Source of the DNA: Macrostomum hystrix
Lineage: Eukaryota; Animalia; Platyhelminthes
Direction of reading: 5' to 3'
DNA: 64,000 nt
NCBI GenBank assembly: GCA_950097015.1
Contig: CATNEN010000001.1
Coordinates: 24,056,001 to 24,120,000, forward strand
In this document: piece by piece, positions 57,901 to 64,000 of the stretch
Position numbering within the stretch: position 1 is the first letter of the stretch
How the letters are laid out: each line of letters starts with the position of its first letter
Notes under the pieces: model-generated
Database searches by the model: none
What the model was told of the DNA's origin: nothing
What the model saw: only the letters and a program-made list of their open reading frames with translations
Made by a program: the position numbers and the translations under genes

Positions 57901-60900
57901 AATTATAGCTTAACAGTAGGACTACCAAGCCATTTTGATTCCCCTAATTATAGCTTAACAGTAGGACTACCAAGCCATTTTGATTCCCCTAATTATAGCT
58001 TAACAGTAGGACTACCAAGCCATTTTGATTCCCCTAATTATAGCTTAACAGTAGGACTACCAAGCCATTTTGATTCCCCTAATTATAGCTTAACAGTAGG
58101 ACTACCAAGCCATTTTGATTCCCCTAATTATAGCTTAACAGTAGGACTACCAAGCCATTTTGATTCCCCTAATTATAGCTTAACAGTAGGACAACCAAGC
58201 CATTTTGATTCCCCTAATTATAGCTTAACAGTAGGACTACCAAGCCGTTTTGATTCCCCTAATTATAGCTTAACAGTAGGACTACCAAGCCGTTTTGATT
58301 CCCCTAATTATAGCTTAACAGTAGGACTACCAAGCCATTTTGATTCCCCTAATTATAGCTTAACAGTAGGACTACCAAGCCGTTTTGATTCCCCTAATTA
58401 TAGCTTAACAGTAGGACTACCAAGCCGTTTTGATTCCCCTAATTATAGCTTAACAGTAGGACTACCAAGCCGTTTTGATTCCCCTAATTATAGCTTAACA
58501 GTAGGACTACCAAGCCGTTTTGATTCCCCTAATTATAGCTTAACAGTAGGACTACCAAGCCGTTTTGATTCCCCTAATTATAGCTTAACAGTAGGACTAC
58601 CAAGCCGTTTTGATTCCCCTAATTATAGCTTAACAGTAGGACTACCAAGCCGTTTTGATTCCCCTAATTATAGCTTAACAGTAGGACTACCAAGCCGTTT
58701 TGATTCCCCTAATTATAGCTTAACAGTAGGACTACCAAGCCGTTTTGATTCCCCTAATTATAGCTTAACAGTAGGACTACCAAGCCATTTTGATTCCCCT
58801 AATTATAGCTTAACAGTAGGACTACCAAGCCGTTTTGATTCCCCTAATTATAGCTTAACAGTAGGACTACCAAGCCGTTTTGATTCCCCTAATTATAGCT
58901 TAACAGTAGGACTACCAAGCCATTTTGATTCCCCTAATTATAGCTTAACAGTAGGACTACCAAGCCGTTTTGATTCCCCTAATTATAGCTTAACAGTAGG
59001 ACTACCAAGCCATTTTGATTCCCCTAATTATAGCTTAACAGTAGGACTACCAAGCCGTTTTGATTCCCCTTTTTATACCCCCCTTGGTATTCGCGTCATT
59101 GAATATCTCGACGGTCTGAAAAGCTGGCTGAAGAGCTGGGATAAAAAATCTGATTCACGTCATTTAAAAAAGGGAGCAGTTGGGATGTGGGATCTGTTGA
59201 GGGAGCATGATGGTTGATGATGTACAGGAGCCGAGCTCACCTCCAATCCCAGCTCATTCCTAAAGGACACCTTGAGCCTGGGATAAAGATTCTCCTCGCC
59301 GTAGAGCTGGCTAAAAGCGTCCTCGTAGATTTTATCTCGCCTAGCCGTCACCCGCAGGCCGGAGGAGCCGAACTCGTGCCTGTCATAGTCGATGGTGGCC
59401 TTGTACGCGTGCAGCAGCGAGTAGAGCAGGCGCACCCTGTCCCAGAAGTTGATGAGGTAGGGCGCCTCCGTGAGAATGGCCAGCTGAAGCCGCTCGGTGG
59501 ATGACAGGTAGGGTATGCTCAGAGAGTGGTCGTTGAGCACAGAGTAGTAGCCGAAGCTGGAGGGGGTCTCCCTGTCCAGCCAGTAGGCCGGCTGCAGCGA
59601 TTTGATTGGCGGCACGCGGCCCTGCACAGACCAGTGCGCTGATGGCGCTTCCTCGGTGGCAGCCGCGGCTGACGACCCAGCAGCCGTGACCGGGGTGAAT
59701 CGACGCAGCTGATCCAGGAGGTACAGCCGGCTAACCAGCAGCTTCACGCTAGAGAACAGGCCTGAGTACAGCTCCAGCAGCTCTCTGAAGAAGCGTAGGA
59801 TAGTTAGCGTGTTGATTGATGGGATTAGAAATATAAAATATCCAAAAAACATTAAATTTCGTAACAGGATCGAAATACTACTGAGATTTATTATCCTAAT
59901 GAGATCTATTATATAAATGGGATTTCATATTCCGTAGGGATTTTACATTTTTCCTATTACATTGGGATTTCATATTTAATAGGAATTTTCGATCAGATTG
60001 GGATTTCAAATCTGATTGAGATTGCAAATCTGATAGAGATTGCAAATCTGATAGAGATTTCAAATCTGATTGGGATTTCATATCCCATAGGGATTTCATA
60101 TCCCATAGGGATTTCATATCCCATAGGGATTTCATATCCCATAGGGATTTCATATCCCATAGGGATTTCATATCCCATAGGGATTTCATATCCCATAGGG
60201 ATTTCATATCCCATAGGGATTTCATATCCCATAGGGATTTCATATCCCATAGGGATTTCATATCCCATAGGGATTTCATATCCCATAGGGATTTCATATC
60301 CCATAGGGATTTCATATCCCATAGGGATTTCATATCCCATAGGGATTTCATATCCCATAGGGATTTCATATCCCATAGGGATTTCATATCCCATAGGGAT
60401 TTCATATCCCATAGGGATTTCATATCCCATAGGGATTTCATATCCCATAGGGATTTCATATCCCATAGGGATTTCATATCCCATAGGGATTTCATATCCC
60501 ATAGGGATTTCATATCCCATAGGGATTTCATATCCCATAGGGATTTCATATCCCATAGGGATTTCATATCCCATAGGGATTTCATATCCCATAGGGATTT
60601 CATATCCCATAGGGATTTCATTTTCCCAAACTGAAATCAGAAAGTCCCCTGTTCACAACCCACCTGGATCCGCTGCTTCCCTCCCCGCTGCCGCCGCCCC
60701 TGCCGCCACCACCAGCAGCAGCAGCAGTTTCTGAGGCCGCATTGCCACCCAGCGAGCGCAGGGCTCGCACATAGTCAGCATTGAGCAGGTCTGGCCGGGT
60801 GTCCGGATGCGACAGCAGCAGTAGGCCAAGGAGCAGGTCGCGCAGCTCACCGGACAGGCTGAGAAGGCTCTGGCGGGACAGCGGCTCCGGGGAGAACAGG

Positions 60901-63560
60901 CGGGCGAAGGTGGCCAACAGAGGCTGCAGGGCCGCCATGGCCTGAGGCTCGGGTTGCAGAGCCCTGGAGATCAGCTGAACCAGTGGCTGCGGCTGCTGAC
61001 CGTAGCGGAACTGAGACACCGCCTGCCAGAACCGGCGAAGGAAGGCCGCCCGAGCTGGGCCGGCGGGCGTCAGTGAGTACAGACTCAGGCTGGGACACTG
61101 GGAGACCGGGTAGCAACGGGTTTTAGAATTAAGATTGTTATATGTACTGATCTATCCTCAATTCTCACTGATCCCCAACTAAAAATGATCAGCACACTTA
61201 TGTCCTAACTTAGCCCTGAAATAAAAAAATTGTGATCTTTAACTAGGAGATCCCAAACGCACAGATCCAAAACTCACAGATCCCAAACTCACAGATCCCA
61301 AGCTCACAGATCCCAAGCTCACAGATCCCAAGCTCACAGATCCCAAGCTCACAGATCCCAAACTCAGACCCTAACCTCTCAGATCCCAAACTCAGATCAG
61401 AGATACTAAACGCACAGATCCCAAACTCACAGATCACAAACACACAGATCCCAAGCTCACAGATCCCAAACTCACAGATCCAAAACTCACAGATCACAAA
61501 CACACAGATCCCAAGCTCACAGATCCCAAGCTCACAGACCCCAAACTCACAGATCCCAAGCTCACAGATCCCAAACTCACAGATGCCATTCTCACAGATC
61601 CCATTCTCACAGATCCAATACTCTCAGATCCCATTCTCACAGATCCCAAAAACACTGATACTAAACTCACAGATCCCCAACTCCTATCCCAAACTCGAAA
61701 CAGTTAAAATAACAGCGTAAAATCAAAGCAACTCACCATCTCGCAGACACTGCTCAGGTGCACAAAGCACTGATTGTCTGGCTCATCAGTCACAGCCATC
61801 CTGACAGTGTCGACGAACCAGTCGCCAGCCAGACCGGCCACCGCCTCCTCAGCCAGATCGGCGGGCAGCTCTCTCAGGCAGGCTCGGCACAGGTGCAACA
61901 GCAGCAGCAGCAGTCGGGCGGTGGCAGTCGATGGCACCTGCCTGGCAAGCAGGTCGCGGCCGCGAACAGCCAGCAGGTGCAGGAGTCCCGGGCCCGACTG
62001 ACCGCTGCCCGACGGAGCCGGCGAGGCCACGTCCAGAGCCGCCGTCAGGATAGCCGGGCCAAGGAGCGGCTGGGCGACTGCAGCCGAAGCCAGCAACGGC
62101 CCGACAACCTGACAGGCGACGCGTGACGACACGGGCGAAGGCAGAAGGTTGGCAGCGCTGAAGCTCCCGATGCCGCTGCGATGACCTCTGGAATCAGGTG
62201 CAAAACAATTAACTATATTCTCCTACCCTGTTCTGAATTCAGGACACAACTGATTAATCTTCGACCTTCTTAAAGACTTCAGAATTCGTCTAATTAATCA
62301 TCGACCTACTTCAGGACTCATCTGATCAATCATCGACCTACTTCAGGACTCATCTGATCAATCATCGACCTACTTCAGGACTCATCTGATCAATCATCGA
62401 CCTACTTCAGGACCAACCCCAGTACACTGAAGAATCCCGTCATTGCTCACCTGTAGGAGCAGGCCGATGGGCAGCACAGGGTCTGTCTGAGCAGCTCTCC
62501 AGCCAGCATTCGGCACTCGTCCGTTTGACCGTGGCCGCTAGCTGCCGCGTCGGCCGGGCTGCTGAGCCTGGCAGTCAGGGGCAGCACCAGCAGGCTGCAC
62601 AGCGACCGTGCCAGCGGCTGCGAGAGAGCATCCGAGAGGTCGGCTCGCTCAGATAGGCCACACCTTTGGGATATTGGGAAATGAGGTAATCAACTACGGC
62701 CCTTTAATCTATTTGAATAAGCTAATCCCAGCTGATGCTGGTACCTATTTAACAGATGGATAAACTGTAGCCATGTAGATTAGGAGTCTTGCTGAACGAC
62801 ACAATTTTTTTGTGAAGTCGGGAATCGAACCCACAACCTTCAAGTCATAAGCTAATCACAATCCACAACCGCTTTCACAATCCCATTGACCAATTAAATT
62901 GGGGCGCAGCCGCGGAGAGAAGGCTTGGGGGCTTGTCGTGCAATTTACACCCTTGAGGGCCAACCTCCAAGGCACAGTGAAGTGAACACTGCCTGACGAT
63001 GGGAAAGTCAGCGCAGATGTACACACCTGTGTGAGCGTGTGCCTGCGTACAGTATCTGTGTGCGTGTGTGCTCAGGAATCAGCAAAATGGGCAGAATTGC
63101 CTCCTCGCTGGCTGCGGGTCTAGTGTCACCAAATGATGTGCCATTGCCCGCAGCCCTCCTGCAATTATTATTATATTTATAGAGCATGCAAAGAGCAGCT
63201 CACCTGTTAACAATGAAGGCTAGCAGGTGCCTAAAATATCCCTTGCTGGCCAGGTACTGGCACAGAGCCGAGGAGACGCCGCCGCTGTCGCCGGGCTGCA
63301 AAGCCAGCTCCATGACTCGCAGAGGTCCGGCGTACATACGATTATCTGCGTGAGGATCCAGTCTGGACAGGTGGGCCAATGTGTTGGCCAGAAATTTGCC
63401 CAAAGCAAAGCCGTCGAGATCGAAGCCGGTGGAGATTCCTGACGGCGGCTGCGGCTGCGAGCTGACAGCGGCGCTGATGGAGCGGTAATGCTTCACGTAT
63501 AGTGAGCACATAAACAGCTGGCAGCGAGGGGCGACAGGCGGGATGGATTCGAGACCGATA
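54937..63560 (-). CDS. UBE3C: HECT E3 ubiquitin ligase, UBE3C-like; 5' end beyond the window; exons approx. 63560-63205, 62660-62451, 62187-61737, 61100-60663, 59785-59241, 56535-56195, 55588-54937
   Basis: ERLQLAILTEAPYLINFWDRV, RRDKIYEDAF, LGLE/EAGIDGGGLMREFL, LYPNP, LRFVTS..RAPLYG, RLPSASTCINLLKLPDY...GFELS*; GIDGGG favours UBE3C over UBE3B. Confidence 0.88.
55855..56165. repeat. ~30-bp degenerate minisatellite (GGAATCGCACTAAGATGTGGAATC...)
   Basis: ~10 copies, intronic. Confidence 0.88.
56709..57070 (+). mobile_element. tRNA-derived SINE, apparently full length, in a UBE3C intron
   Basis: Pol III A-box TGGCAGAGCAG and B-box GTTCGATTC; body repeated at 62899-63177; (ATT)n tail. Confidence 0.75.
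57677..59069. repeat. 45-bp minisatellite (AATTATAGCTTAACAGTAGGACTACCAAGCCRTTTTGATTCCCCT)n
   Basis: ~31 near-identical copies. Confidence 0.97.
60072..60620. repeat. 18-bp minisatellite (GGGATTTCATATCCCATA)n with internal GGGAT/ATCCC palindrome
   Basis: ~30 perfect copies, with degenerate copies leading in from ~59915. Confidence 0.97.
61247..61690. repeat. 15-bp minisatellite (CACAGATCCCAAACT)n
   Basis: Tandem degenerate copies, intronic. Confidence 0.9.
62295..62412. repeat. 31-bp tandem repeat, ~4 copies
   Basis: AATCATCGACCTACTTCAGGACTCATCTGATC-type units. Confidence 0.85.
62899..63177 (+). mobile_element. Second, 5'-truncated copy of the SINE at 56709
   Basis: GGGGCGCAGCCGCGGAGAGAAGGCTT...CAGCCCTCCTGCAATTATTATT closely matches 56793-57060. 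Confidence 0.8.
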
Positions 63561-63579
63561 ATAGACTCAGCCACTCGGA

Positions 63580-64000
63580 TCTAATCTCATCTAGTCTCAT
63601 CCGCTCTCATCTCGTCTCATCCAATCTCATCTAGTCTCATCCGCTCTCATCCAATCTCATCTAGTCTCATCCGCTCTCATCTCGTCTCATTCAATCTCAT
63701 CTAGTCTCATCCGCTCTCACCCAATCTCATCTAGTCTCATTTAATCTCATCTAGTCTCATCCGCTCTCACCCAATCTCATCTCGTCTCATTCAATCTCAT
63801 CTAGTCTCATCCGCTCTCACCCAATCTCATCTAGTCTCATTCAATCTCATCTAGTCTCATCCGCTCTCACCCAACTCATCTAGTCTCATCCGCTCTCAAC
63901 CAATCACATCTAGTCTCATTTAATCTCATCTAGTCTCATCCAATCTCATCCGCTCTCATCTCGTCTCATCCAATCTCATATAGTCTCATCCAAACTCATC
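63580..64000. repeat. 10-bp-period (CTCATCTAGT/CTCATCCGCT) repeat
   Basis: Tandem copies to the window end. Confidence 0.93.

Noticed and set aside
57661-59217. 45-bp array as a CRISPR array, or the 518-aa repeat ORF as a protein
   Set aside because: Units are head-to-tail with no unique spacers and there are no cas genes; it lies in a eukaryotic intron antisense to UBE3C

Overview
Repeat-rich animal genomic DNA. Spliced GT-AG genes have introns filled with minisatellites, a style reminiscent of the flatworm Macrostomum (inference, not proven). The centrepiece is an apparently intact 17.7-kb Maverick/Polinton (endogenous DNA virus-like element, 25800-43546). It has AGTAGT...ACTACT termini, ~720-bp TIRs and a 6-bp TTGGGC target-site duplication, and is inserted into a 23-bp satellite. 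It carries the full core set: chromodomain integrase, minor and major capsid, basic core protein, adenain-type protease, packaging ATPase and protein-primed PolB with vOTU-like and EndoVII-like domains. It also carries an unusual accessory set: a divergent TATA-binding-protein (TBP) homologue, a PC4-like ssDNA-binding/coactivator protein, a DEDD-like nuclease and a Cys-rich protein with an LxCxE motif. Splice sites suggest PolB gains an N-terminal extension from upstream exons. The element and satellite are flanked by an inverted pair of near-identical divergent actin genes. Other host content: a Gypsy pol fragment, an ABCH-type ABC half-transporter, a WSC/PAN secreted protein, RPS6, a Cys-rich serum-amyloid-A-like gene, a UBE3C-like HECT ligase, tRNA-derived SINEs and about 25 tandem arrays.
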